NCBI GenBank assembly: GCA_963733095.1
Contig: CAVTBV010000012.1
Coordinates: 1-64,000, forward strand
From: Candidatus Bathyarchaeota archaeon
Lineage (GTDB): Archaea; Thermoproteota; Bathyarchaeia; Bathyarchaeales; Bathycorpusculaceae
Direction: 5' to 3'
Length of the DNA: 64,000 bases
Shown here: positions 22,292 through 31,709 of the stretch, one piece after another
Position numbering within the stretch: the stretch's first letter is position 1
Layout of the letters: each line of letters begins with the position of its first letter
Notes under the pieces: generated by a model
The model's database searches: none
Told to the model about the DNA's origin: nothing
The model's input: only the letters and a program-made list of their open reading frames with translations
Translations under genes and position numbers: made by a program

Positions 22292-23044
22292 TTATGGGGT
22301 TTTAGCCTTTAGAAGTATGTTGTGTGCAAGCCGAAGTAGTTCTTCTTTACTCTCAAAGGACACTTGTTCGAGCTTTCCAATATCTAAAATCTCGTCTCCC
22401 AAATCCACTACTATGTTCCGCGCCATACTTCGATGTCTAAAGAAAATAAATGTCTTATTGGCTTGTTTTCTTGCCATGCTTATTTCTTTGATCACTTCAG
22501 ATGAAAGGTTGAAACCGGGAGTCATGATCAGGACAAAATATTTGCTCTCCGCCAAAGCTTTATCACGAACCTTAGCCCAGCCTTCTTCCGTGTCAACAGT
22601 AAGAGGGATGTCTTTACAGTCCTGAAATGTATGTAATCCTAGCTCTTCCAGACCTGTTTTTAAATGGTCAGCATAATCTTTTCCTGAACTCTTTTTATAG
22701 CAAAGGAATACTTCAAAAGGTCTTGATACTTTGTTACTTGTATCTATATTCAAGTCACCTTTCGTTTGCCTCATTCTGATCATCGAAGAGTTGGATCCAG
22801 AAAAAGTATCTCTTTTTTTATTTTTATTTCTTAAATAGAGAAAGTAAACGATAACAACCGTTGCGGACACAACGATTACTGACCCAATTAGAACAAACAA
22901 GACACCTTGGTTATTTGGCGTAGGAGTGGGCGAAGGAGTCGGCATCATCTGTGCGTCACTGAAATTAACTGCCAAGTAAGCCATGAATAGCAAAAGAGCA
23001 GAAAGGGTAGCAAGTATTAGAACAAGATATTGATTTTCTCGCAC
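22292..23044 (-). CDS. Membrane-anchored TIR-domain protein
   Basis: Signal/TM, PTPSPTPTP linker, TM, basic stop-transfer, then TIR_2 motifs VFLCYKK..YADHLK..LHTFQD..SKYFVLIMTPGF..SEVIKEISMA. Confidence 0.8.
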   Translation of the reverse strand: MRENQYLVLILATLSALLLFMAYLAVNFSDAQMMPTPSPTPTPNNQGVLFVLIGSVIVVSATVVIVYFLYLRNKNKKRDTFSGSNSSMIRMRQTKGDLNIDTSNKVSRPFEVFLCYKKSSGKDYADHLKTGLEELGLHTFQDCKDIPLTVDTEEGWAKVRDKALAESKYFVLIMTPGFNLSSEVIKEISMARKQANKTFIFFRHRSMARNIVVDLGDEILDIGKLEQVSFESKEELLRLAHNILLKAKTP

Positions 23045-23153
23045 AAAATTAGGGTTAATTAAAACTAAAAATTAAAGATTGCTATCATCTAACTTGAAGC
23101 TAACTTTAGGTCAGTTTTTTGGATTGGACTGAAAACAATATGGGAAATTATAG

Positions 23154-23915
23154 TCAGTGAACAATAAGGGTGAAAAATAACGGTTTAGCTGAACCCAACT
23201 TTTTCCTTAGAATAATAACGCTAGCTACTAAGACAGGAACTAACAAAAAAGCTATTGCTACAAGTTGAATACTAAATTCGGGAACGCTTGGCGACGGCCC
23301 TGATCCAAAAATGTTTGTTGCGATAATACTATATGAGTAAGTTGATGTTACGGGTTCTGGCTGTGCTTGCGTTACTGTGGTTGATGATGACTCCAAAAGC
23401 ATTCCTGAGGCTTTGTCATAAACATAATTTAACGTGGAATTGTAGTCGGGTGTTGAAATTGTCACGTTTAATATGTTAACGCTTCTAGCGGTGCCAAGGT
23501 ATGTTCGGTCCACCGTCTGGTTTACAGAGTAAGTATCCGGCGGAGGTATGGCGTCTGCCTGATTAAGATTAGCAGCTATTATTGGCCCTTGAGTGCTTGG
23601 AACACCGTTGTCTGTTCCGGTTTCAACATTCCAAACATCAATCGTTCCGTTACCCGGAAGCGCTGTCCCATTCTTAAATTCCCCCGTAGAAAGCAGCGTA
23701 ACCGAATTACCAGAGACACCTGCAACTTGCAGGTTCAGAAAATTATAGTCGTTGAAAGATTCATAGCCAGCACCACCACCAACAAAATTCCCATACCTAA
23801 CAAGCTGCCCCTGAGAAACACCCGGATTGTATTGAACCGCGAGCACAGGAAAAACCAAAGCGGCCAAAAGAAAAACCACCAGAAAAGACAGAAATACCTT
23901 GCCCAACAAAACCAT
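23154..23915 (-). CDS. Secreted protein with PEF-CTERM-like sorting signal
   Basis: Signal peptide; YDKASGMLLE beta motif; C-terminal PSPSVPEF + TM + RKK. Confidence 0.8.
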   Translation of the reverse strand: MVLLGKVFLSFLVVFLLAALVFPVLAVQYNPGVSQGQLVRYGNFVGGGAGYESFNDYNFLNLQVAGVSGNSVTLLSTGEFKNGTALPGNGTIDVWNVETGTDNGVPSTQGPIIAANLNQADAIPPPDTYSVNQTVDRTYLGTARSVNILNVTISTPDYNSTLNYVYDKASGMLLESSSTTVTQAQPEPVTSTYSYSIIATNIFGSGPSPSVPEFSIQLVAIAFLLVPVLVASVIILRKKLGSAKPLFFTLIVH

Positions 23916-24022
23916 ACGCCTCAGTATTCTATAGTTTTAGTGCCCTAAAAAACATGCGGTTTTACTGAAACATTTCTCTAAAAAACAAAACAAAAAAAGA
24001 AAGAGATGTTGGGATTTGTTGC

Positions 24023-24852
24023 TTAGCTAAGGTCTAGTTCTTGTATGAAGGTTCCATGCCAGGTATGATACCAGGATTGTCCGGTGTAGCCGTTGACGCT
24101 TAGCATACCATAGTTGACGCCGTTAACCATAGCCATCACATGGTAGTATCCGTAGAATGGGAACACTTCTCCAACAGTAGCTCCAGGGTAGTAGGTGTTT
24201 AGGAACTGCTGTGCATCCACTTTCGCCTGGTCTGCTGAAACTGGCATGTTTGCTGTTGGGGCACCATAGATTCCGCCTAGTATGCCGCTTCTCATCATGC
24301 CGTATTTGAGGTTCCACATCATGTTAGGCCCCATCTCTGGGTAGATACTGCCAGTGTACTTGTTAACCAACAGTTCAAATGCGCCTATGCCAGTGTTTTT
24401 CTCGTAGACTTGGACATAGAAGTTTTGTGAGTATTCTTCAACTTCTTTGACTGCTAAGTTGGGGTTTCCGAGGGACGAGACATAGTTCTGGCCTATTTGT
24501 GCTGCTGTGGTTATGTTAAGTTCAGCTCCGGTGTAGGCATAAGGTGCTTGTATATCCGTTTCCGCCAAAGCCTAAGCCCATGCATCCGCCACCGTATTGG
24601 TAGGGGTAGACTGGCTGGTAATACTGTGAAGTTACTGTTTGAGCGGGGTATCCGTAGGCGTAGCCGTATCCTCCCATCATGCCACCATATCCGCCGCCAT
24701 ATCCATAACCGTAGCCTCCGCCCATCATGCCACCTCCGTAACCGTAGGTGCCCACGTCCGAAGGGTCCCATGGCTAAAGCGGTGGCTGCGAGCACCGATA
24801 CTGCTAGGACTGCGAGGGTTGTTGTGATTGCGATTATTTTCCAGGTTTTTAT
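24023..24852 (-). CDS. Secreted protein with Gly/Tyr/Met-rich N-terminal region and two PepSY-like repeats (two frameshifts ~24570 and ~24755)
   Basis: GGAGGTG SD at 24861-24867, start reads ATA; signal peptide; GYGGGMMGG repeats; conserved-looking EMGPNMMWNLKYGMM and GMLSVNGYTGQSWYHTWHG. Confidence 0.7.
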
Positions 24853-24903
24853 TTTTAATTCACCTCCAACTTTGCTACTGAATATATAATGGTATTCGAA
24901 TGA

Positions 24904-24944
24904 TATGATAGTTGGCTGAAACAGTTATGAAACGATTTTGAAAC
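24904..24944. promoter_or_regulatory. Putative operator: three TGAAAC direct repeats at 11-bp period
   Basis: TGAAAC at 24917, 24928 and 24939, preceded by TATGATAGTTGGC; same arrangement at 25702-25753. Confidence 0.75.
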
Positions 24945-25323
24945 GCTTTTTGTATTCAAAGAAAATGGCTTCTTGTGGGTGGATTTTAACATAGACTTCA
25001 AACCACCTTTCATATTAGAATATTATTATTTGCTTATAGGTATTGTGGCAGATCAGTGCCCCTTTGAAGGAATGAAACCACGATTTAACGAGTACAAAAA
25101 CTGAACACTGCTTGTACATTTCTGCGTTAATTCAATACAAGGGCAAAGCGCACCCCACATGGCAAATACAATAAGAGAAATTAGAATATAGTGATGGCGG
25201 ATCTAGAACTGACAAAAAATAAGAGGACTTATTAGAAACAGCAACCAACAAACAACTAGCTACGGTAATGAACTTACTACTTCAGAACTGAGGCACAGAA
25301 AAAAAGAAAGGTTGGTGGGCTGT

Positions 25324-25662
25324 TTACCATCCACCCATACAAGGCCCATAGCCGTATCCGTTGCCGTAGTAGCCGCCTTGATAGGGTTCATAGGACTGGT
25401 AGGGTGCTGGCGCTGGAACAGAACTGTTAGCTACTGCCGGCGGAGCCACATATGGACTACCATAGTAAGGTTGGGCCGTTCTTAAGCCAAAGCAACTGCC
25501 TAACCAACCCCAAAAACCAGGATTAGGAACACCACCACTCGGATCTGTGCTGGTTCCTGCGTAGGTTTGGTTAGCGGCTATCTGGGCTGAAGCCAACCCA
25601 ACAGCAACCAAGGTCAACGCCGCAACAGCGACCAAGGCGATTATTACTTTTGTCGTGTTCAT
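25324..25662 (-). CDS. Small secreted Gly/Tyr/Pro-rich protein
   Basis: GGTGA SD, signal peptide, GFWGWLGSCFG, ends YYGNGYGYGPCMGGW; T-run terminator downstream. Confidence 0.75.
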   Translation of the reverse strand: MNTTKVIIALVAVAALTLVAVGLASAQIAANQTYAGTSTDPSGGVPNPGFWGWLGSCFGLRTAQPYYGSPYVAPPAVANSSVPAPAPYQSYEPYQGGYYGNGYGYGPCMGGW

Positions 25663-25701
25663 TTTGCTTTATCACCATATAACAATATACTCATGGGAGC
25701 T

Positions 25702-25753
25702 TATGGTAGTTCGCTGAAACAAAACTGAAACAACCTTGAGACAGATTTGAACC
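25702..25753. promoter_or_regulatory. Putative operator: four TGAAAC-like direct repeats at 11-bp period
   Basis: TGAAAC 25715, TGAAAC 25726, TGAGAC 25737, TGAACC 25748, preceded by TATGGTAGTTCGC. Confidence 0.75.
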
Positions 25754-25923
25754 ACCATTTTTACGCACCAAAAAGAAAAAACAGCATATCCTCCCCATCT
25801 TCCACAGCCTAATCCTATATCTAACGACCACCTTTTGTTGAAGAAGCATTAACCAAAATAGAAGAACCAAAAGAAGTACACAAAAAAGAGAAGTAAGCGC
25901 CTAAACTACCAATATGGAAGAAA

Positions 25924-27267
25924 TTATTTCCCTAAGCCCAAGGCAGTAAATCGCAGTTTATTTTTGAAGGTTTCTGGATCGTATATTCTTCTGCCATCGA
26001 TTAGGACAGGTTGTTTCATATTCTTTATGAAATCTTCAGGTTTTAGCTTTTTGAATTCTTCCCATTCGGTAACAAGTATGCAGGCATCCGCATTAGTTAT
26101 ACATTCGAATGCTGATTTGGCGTATTGAATTTTGCCGTTAAAGATTGCTCTTGCGACGGGTATAGCAACGGGGTCATAAGCAGCTACTTTGGCGCCTTCC
26201 TTTAACAACTCGTTTATTATAGGAATAACCCTTGCTTCCCTCATGTCATCGGTATCGGGTTTGAAAGCTAAACCCAAAATCGCAATTCTTTTACCTCCAA
26301 GTTCACCGAGTTGTTGCCTACAGAAATCTATAGCCTTCAATGGTTGGGTTTTGTTAACGTGCTCAACGGAATCCAGAAGCTCAGGAGTATAACCGAGGTT
26401 TTTGGCGCAGGCAATCAAGGCTTTTACATCTTTTGGAAAGCATGAGCCGCCGTAGCCTAAGCCTGCATCCAGAAAGAGAGGTCCAATACGCTTGTCTAAT
26501 CCCATGGCAGTTGCGACAACTTTGACGTCCGCCCCAGGGATTTGTTCACAAATATTCGAGATGGTGTTGATAAAGCTGATTTTTGTTGCAAGCATAGCGT
26601 TGCTAGCGTATTTGATGAGCTCAGCGGTCGAGAGAGTGGTTCTAATCAGAGAAGGCAGGCGAGCACTATAGAAGCCCCTGTACAAATCCTCCAAAACATC
26701 GCCCGAACGCTTATCAAACGAACCGATAACCACACGCTCAGCATTAACTGTGTCTTGAAAAGCGGAACCTTGACGCAAAAACTCTGGATTCATGCACAAA
26801 CCAAAATCTACACCAGCAACTTTTCCCGATTCTTTTTCAAGAAGAGGCTTAACGGTATTTTGAGTCGTCCCAGGCACAACAGTACTTTTAATTATGGTAA
26901 CATGGTAGGAATTTTTTTGCTTGAGCGCTTTTCCAATGTTTTTTGCTGCCGATTCTATGTATTTTAAGTCTATGCTGCCATCGGGTTTACTTGGTGTTCC
27001 CACTGCAACAAACGTCAAATCTGTTTCAGAAATAACCCGGTCGGTTTGGCCAACTACACCTTTGAGGCGGCCGTTTTGGATACTCTCGGAAAGTTTCTCT
27101 GCCAGACCAGGCTCATAGAAAGTTGGAATTCCCTGGTTTATTTTTGTAATTTTTTCTTCATCAACATCGCAGGCGATAACCCTGTAGCCTTTGCTGGCAA
27201 AACCCACTGCCGTACATAGACCTACATAGCCTGTCCCTATAACGGATATTTTGGGCTGTTTTTCCAT
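25924..27267 (-). CDS. ugd: UDP-glucose 6-dehydrogenase
   Basis: GTGYVGL, VGTP, NPEFLRQG, GYGGSCFPKD, GLAFKPDTDD; real start is MEKQPK because the longer ORF overlaps galU. Confidence 0.93.
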   Translation of the reverse strand: MEKQPKISVIGTGYVGLCTAVGFASKGYRVIACDVDEEKITKINQGIPTFYEPGLAEKLSESIQNGRLKGVVGQTDRVISETDLTFVAVGTPSKPDGSIDLKYIESAAKNIGKALKQKNSYHVTIIKSTVVPGTTQNTVKPLLEKESGKVAGVDFGLCMNPEFLRQGSAFQDTVNAERVVIGSFDKRSGDVLEDLYRGFYSARLPSLIRTTLSTAELIKYASNAMLATKISFINTISNICEQIPGADVKVVATAMGLDKRIGPLFLDAGLGYGGSCFPKDVKALIACAKNLGYTPELLDSVEHVNKTQPLKAIDFCRQQLGELGGKRIAILGLAFKPDTDDMREARVIPIINELLKEGAKVAAYDPVAIPVARAIFNGKIQYAKSAFECITNADACILVTEWEEFKKLKPEDFIKNMKQPVLIDGRRIYDPETFKNKLRFTALGLGK

Positions 27268-27361
27268 GTTAATATGACTCCTAGCGAATGTCGGTTGGAA
27301 ATAACTTCTTGCATTAAATATATATGGGTTATACATGAATTGAAGAAGGAAGGAAACTGAG

Positions 27362-28231
27362 ATGGTACGCAAAGTTGTAATTCCTGCTGCGGGCTTGGGA
27401 ACTCGCCTGTTTCCAGCGACAAAAGAGCAGCCAAAAGAAATGCTACCGATTTTCTCCAAAACAGCCCAAGGAGACATGACAGTAAAACCAGTTGTCCAGT
27501 TAGTTTTTGAGCAATTACACGAAGGCGGACTCCGCGAATTCTGCTACGTTGTAGGCAGGGGCAAACGGGGAATAGAGGACCATTTCACACCCGACGCACA
27601 ATGCATCAGAACACTAGAAGTTATGGGCAAAAACGGCTTAGCATCCGATCTGGATGGCTTTTACGATAAACTTGAATCATCAACCATTATGTGGGTTAAT
27701 CAACCTGAACCCAAAGGCTTTGGCAACGCAGTTTTACTAGCACAACCCTTCGTTCAAAACGAAAGCTGCCTAGTTCACGCAGGAGACAGCTGCATAATAT
27801 CCGAAAAAATGGACTACATAAAAAAACTCCTCGCAGCCTTCAACCGATTCAACGCAGACGCAGCCTTCCTTGTACTTGAAATCAAAAATCCCAAACAATA
27901 TGGAATCGTCGAGGGCGAAGAGATAGAACCAGGAATAATAAAAGTTAAAGCAGTGGTAGAAAAACCTGAAAAACCCAAAACCAACTGGGCAATCATGGCC
28001 ATGTACGTTTTCCACCCGATCATATTCAAAGCCTTAGAGGCGACTAAACCAGGAAAGAACGGCGAAATCCAACTCACCGATGCGATCCAGAAGCTGGTTG
28101 ATTGGGGATTAAAAGTGTACGCTGTAAAGTTAGATGAGAGTTATTCACACTTGGATATTGGAAGCCCAGAAAGATACTGGGAAGCACTAGAACTATCATA
28201 CAAACAATTCTGTAAGAGGAAAATAATGTGA
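27362..28231 (+). CDS. galU: UTP--glucose-1-phosphate uridylyltransferase
   Basis: PAAGLGTRLFPATKEQPKEMLP, VEKP, GEIQLTDAI. Confidence 0.9.
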   Translation: MVRKVVIPAAGLGTRLFPATKEQPKEMLPIFSKTAQGDMTVKPVVQLVFEQLHEGGLREFCYVVGRGKRGIEDHFTPDAQCIRTLEVMGKNGLASDLDGFYDKLESSTIMWVNQPEPKGFGNAVLLAQPFVQNESCLVHAGDSCIISEKMDYIKKLLAAFNRFNADAAFLVLEIKNPKQYGIVEGEEIEPGIIKVKAVVEKPEKPKTNWAIMAMYVFHPIIFKALEATKPGKNGEIQLTDAIQKLVDWGLKVYAVKLDESYSHLDIGSPERYWEALELSYKQFCKRKIM

Positions 28232-29265
28232 TAGACGCCATTATCAGTGAAGACATCGAGAGAATAAAGAGCGTAGTTAAAGGCGACAGATTTGAAGGAA
28301 AAAATGTGCTAGTCACAGGCGGCGCCGGTTTTATTGGCAGTTGGCTCTGCGACGTTCTCGTTGACTTTGGTGCAAATGTGACTGCTCTCGATGACTTATC
28401 GACAGGTAGAATGAAGAACATTGATCATTTGGGCAAAACCGCGCGTTTTAATTTTGTGAAATCCGACGTTTGCAAGTTCGAAACCCAAGAAAAATTTGAT
28501 TTTATCCTTCATATGGCTGGGCATGCATCGCCAGATGAATACCAAACTCATCCAATTGAAACGCTGCAAACCAGCGCGTTGGGAACGTTTGGAATGGCAG
28601 AGTTGGCTAGGAAGAATAACGCCACTTTATTGTTTGCTTCAACCTCCGAGACATATGGAGACACAGAGGTAATACCAACTCCTGAAACTTACTGGGGAAA
28701 AGTAAACCCAATTGGACCACGGTCTTGTTATGATGAGGGCAAGCGTTTTGCTGAGGCGCTCCTTATGGCTTATGGCAGGCAGTATGGATTGGATGTGAGG
28801 ATACCAAGAATCTTTAACTCCTACGGTCCCCGCCTAAGAGAAGACGGATTATACGGTAGAGCCATGTCACGTTTCATTCTGCAAGCGTTAACAAAACAAC
28901 CCATAACAGTCTACGGCGACGGCAAACAAACACGATCATTCTGCTATATCACCGATACAGTAACAGGCTTAATGTTACTAACAATCAATCCAAAAGCTAA
29001 AGGCGAAGTCGTAAACATAGGAAGCACCAAAGAAAAAACCATCCTTGACCTTGCAACAAAAATAAAAGAGATAACAAAATGCAAATCAGAAGTAACCTTC
29101 CACCCATTACCAAAGGATGACCCGAAAAGACGCTGCCCAGATACAACCAAACTAGAGAAACTTGTCGATTGGAAACCAAACATAACCTTTGAAGAAGGAC
29201 TAAAAAGAACAACAACATGGTTTACAGACAAAATAGCAGCAACTTATATAGTTAGAAAACGCTAA
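28228..29265 (+). CDS. UDP-glucuronate decarboxylase (UDP-xylose synthase)
   Basis: GGAGFIGS, ASP..Y, ASTSETYG, YWGKVNPIGPRSCYDEGKR, RIFNSYGP, DDPKRRCPD. Confidence 0.9.
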   Translation: MIDAIISEDIERIKSVVKGDRFEGKNVLVTGGAGFIGSWLCDVLVDFGANVTALDDLSTGRMKNIDHLGKTARFNFVKSDVCKFETQEKFDFILHMAGHASPDEYQTHPIETLQTSALGTFGMAELARKNNATLLFASTSETYGDTEVIPTPETYWGKVNPIGPRSCYDEGKRFAEALLMAYGRQYGLDVRIPRIFNSYGPRLREDGLYGRAMSRFILQALTKQPITVYGDGKQTRSFCYITDTVTGLMLLTINPKAKGEVVNIGSTKEKTILDLATKIKEITKCKSEVTFHPLPKDDPKRRCPDTTKLEKLVDWKPNITFEEGLKRTTTWFTDKIAATYIVRKR

Positions 29266-29306
29266 TAAATTTCGCCTAAATTTATTTTAATCAAGTTAAA
29301 GGTGAC

Positions 29307-30674
29307 TTAAACGGGAAAATTGGCTTTTACATAGCCAATGGCGCTTTCTACACAAGCATCCATATTTAGATACTTGAATTCGGCGAATCGCCCAACTAAC
29401 CCTACCCCTTTTTCATCAAAGAATTTTTTGATCATTCTAAGATTAGTATTGTAGTCTATATCATTAATTACATAAGCGTGTTCTGTTCTTTGCACCTTTG
29501 CTGAAGCAGACATCTTCTGTTTTTTGAGTAACCAAGCCTTGAAAGGTCAGCAATTACGCAATTCAATTAACTCTTCATCCTGCATCCGCCAAATATCTAT
29601 CACCAAGTTACAAGTTATTTCTGCCAACACTGAAGATTTTCTTGAAGGAGCAACGAGCGGGCTATAGTTCGATGGAAAGCTTATACGATGAGTAAGAATT
29701 GATTTATCGGGTATATACAGCCACGAAAGATCATTCATTTGTTTCTATTCACACCAAGCATCACCAGGACAAGAGAGTTAAATTTAAGGGAATTTCGCTG
29801 CACTCTTTTACTTCCTTGGGGCGCATCGATAGCCTCTACAAGATTTTGAACCGGGATTGTGGAGACTATTTTGTTAAAACATTTCTCTACAGTCCCATCA
29901 GAAACAAACCAGTGGTTTTCTTCATACCTTATTTTTTTAACGTTATACTTCAGACTAACATTTTTCGGGGTAATTTTTGTTTCAAAGCGCGCTTATTATC
30001 GCTTGGATTCCGCCAGTTTTAGGGTAGTAAAAATTAAGTTGATGAGTGTACCCTTCTGTTTCTATACCTAAAGATGATTTTATTACGTTCTCGACTGGAG
30101 GATCTGGTATTCGCTCAACCCAATCCAAGCCCATCTTCTCAACTGGAAACTTCCAAATTTTTTCATTATACGGTATCAGATATCTTTCGGAGATACCCGC
30201 TCCAAATGTTTGATAGAACCAGTTTTTGAGGTTACTTGGTTTTTGGGTTCGGACAATTTTTGCTTTTCTAATTAAGTTTTGGATGAAGGAGTTAAGACAT
30301 TCAAAGTTCTCTTCTTTAGATAGATCAGACAGACCGTTTTCAAAAGGGTACTTTACATAGCAATTGTTATAGAGTATCTTGGTGTTTCGTCTATCCTTTA
30401 CCTTGTTCTTCCCTAATAGGCTTAAAATGAAATTTAGCGATTTTTCATTTTTTGAAAAAATTACATGCGAACCAGCATCATCGAAAGTGAAACCATCTTG
30501 CTGTAATGTTCTCATTAATCCGCCACATTCTGGATTTTTTTCCAAAATCTCAAAGAACTTGCCATTTTGATTCAAGAAGTAACCAGTTACTATACCTGAT
30601 AATCCACCACCAAGAACGCCGATTTTTGTGTCGCTATTAATAGATGTTTCCCGCTCAGACTCTAAACAGGTCAT
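29307..30674 (-). CDS. FAD-dependent oxidoreductase, UDP-galactopyranose-mutase/HemY-like, frameshifted
   Basis: GGGLSG, GGLMRT, GSHVIFS, YNEKIW, WVERIP, FYYP..GGIQA, HRISFPSN, GRFAEFKYLNMD across ORF pieces. Confidence 0.8.
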
Positions 30675-30938
30675 GAGCAGTATAACATCGATTTTGGTAT
30701 AAATATGTTAAGAGAATATTTAAGCGAAAACCACAAGCAAAGTCATGAAGCATCATTTTTTTATGAAAAACAACAGGGGTTTTGACATTATGTAACCATT
30801 TTCAAAAATTCCAAAAGAAAACTGCCGGTTTACGACAAGTCTAACGAAAAGATTCTTTTGATATTGTCGGAGAAAGCTTATTTCTATTTTGATAGCGGGT
30901 CTCTTTGCTGAGACATTCTGATGGATAAACAAGTCTAA

Positions 30939-31709
30939 TTAAGATTTCATTGTAATACCAAGGGCATAGAGAACGCAATAACGAGTTTTTTTGTATTTAC
31001 AAAAGTCAGTAAACGCTAGACTCCAGTACTTATCTACATCATCGCTAAGAAGTAGGCCTCCAATAGCTAAATGGGGCCAAGCCGTTGAATATTCGAACAT
31101 CATATGCTCGTAAGTATGCAAACTATCATGGATAAAAACATCTATAACTGGAAGATTAGCTAATAACTTCGGTAATTCAGTTTTTGTGTCACCTAAAATT
31201 AAAGTCCAACGTTTGAGCAACCTTTGTGGAACAAGCCATCCAGTCGTAAGCCCGTTAGGAACGTGAACATCGTAATGTTTGCCTATTTTGGGATAAAATA
31301 TAGCATCATATCCTGGTAAATCCAATGAATATAAAATTCCTTGCCCATTTTTTTCTAGAGCATTCAAAAGAAAGGAAGTCGAACCACCAGGTCCAACTCC
31401 AGTTTCAACAATAATCTTGGGTTTAAGCATACGAACCAAGATATACAAAATCAAACCCGAGTCGAAGTTAATCCAGCCGCTTACTTGTTTGTCAATAGTT
31501 CTCGCTTCATCTATTTTGAGCTCTAATTCATTCAAAAAAATAGCGTCTTTTTCCAGCTCTCTATAAAAAGTGTAGAAGGTTTCTCGAGAGAAAGGCAATA
31601 CTCCCCGACAAGTTCGAGCGATTATTTCCGGTTTCGCACGCTTGCCCATGCTTAACGTCAAAATTGTAGATGTTGGCTGATGAATTGTCTCTGAAAGTTT
31701 ATTCTTCAA
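30939..31709 (-). CDS. Class I SAM-dependent methyltransferase (Methyltransf_24-like)
   Basis: VETGVGPGGST, LYSLDLP, FIHDSLHTYEHM, GGLLLSDD. Confidence 0.85.
   Translation of the reverse strand: MKNKLSETIHQPTSTILTLSMGKRAKPEIIARTCRGVLPFSRETFYTFYRELEKDAIFLNELELKIDEARTIDKQVSGWINFDSGLILYILVRMLKPKIIVETGVGPGGSTSFLLNALEKNGQGILYSLDLPGYDAIFYPKIGKHYDVHVPNGLTTGWLVPQRLLKRWTLILGDTKTELPKLLANLPVIDVFIHDSLHTYEHMMFEYSTAWPHLAIGGLLLSDDVDKYWSLAFTDFCKYKKTRYCVLYALGITMKS

Noticed and set aside
24960-25320. Possible small gene or ncRNA in the intergenic gap
   Set aside because: No sustained ORF or convincing secondary structure visible by eye
24917-25753. CRISPR mini-array (GAAAC-ending repeats)
   Set aside because: Units are 6 bp with 5-bp spacers at promoter positions; no 25-40-bp repeats and no cas genes
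27268-27477. N-terminal extension of Ugd in the 517-aa ORF
   Set aside because: It overlaps galU on the opposite strand; homology starts at MEKQPK (27267)
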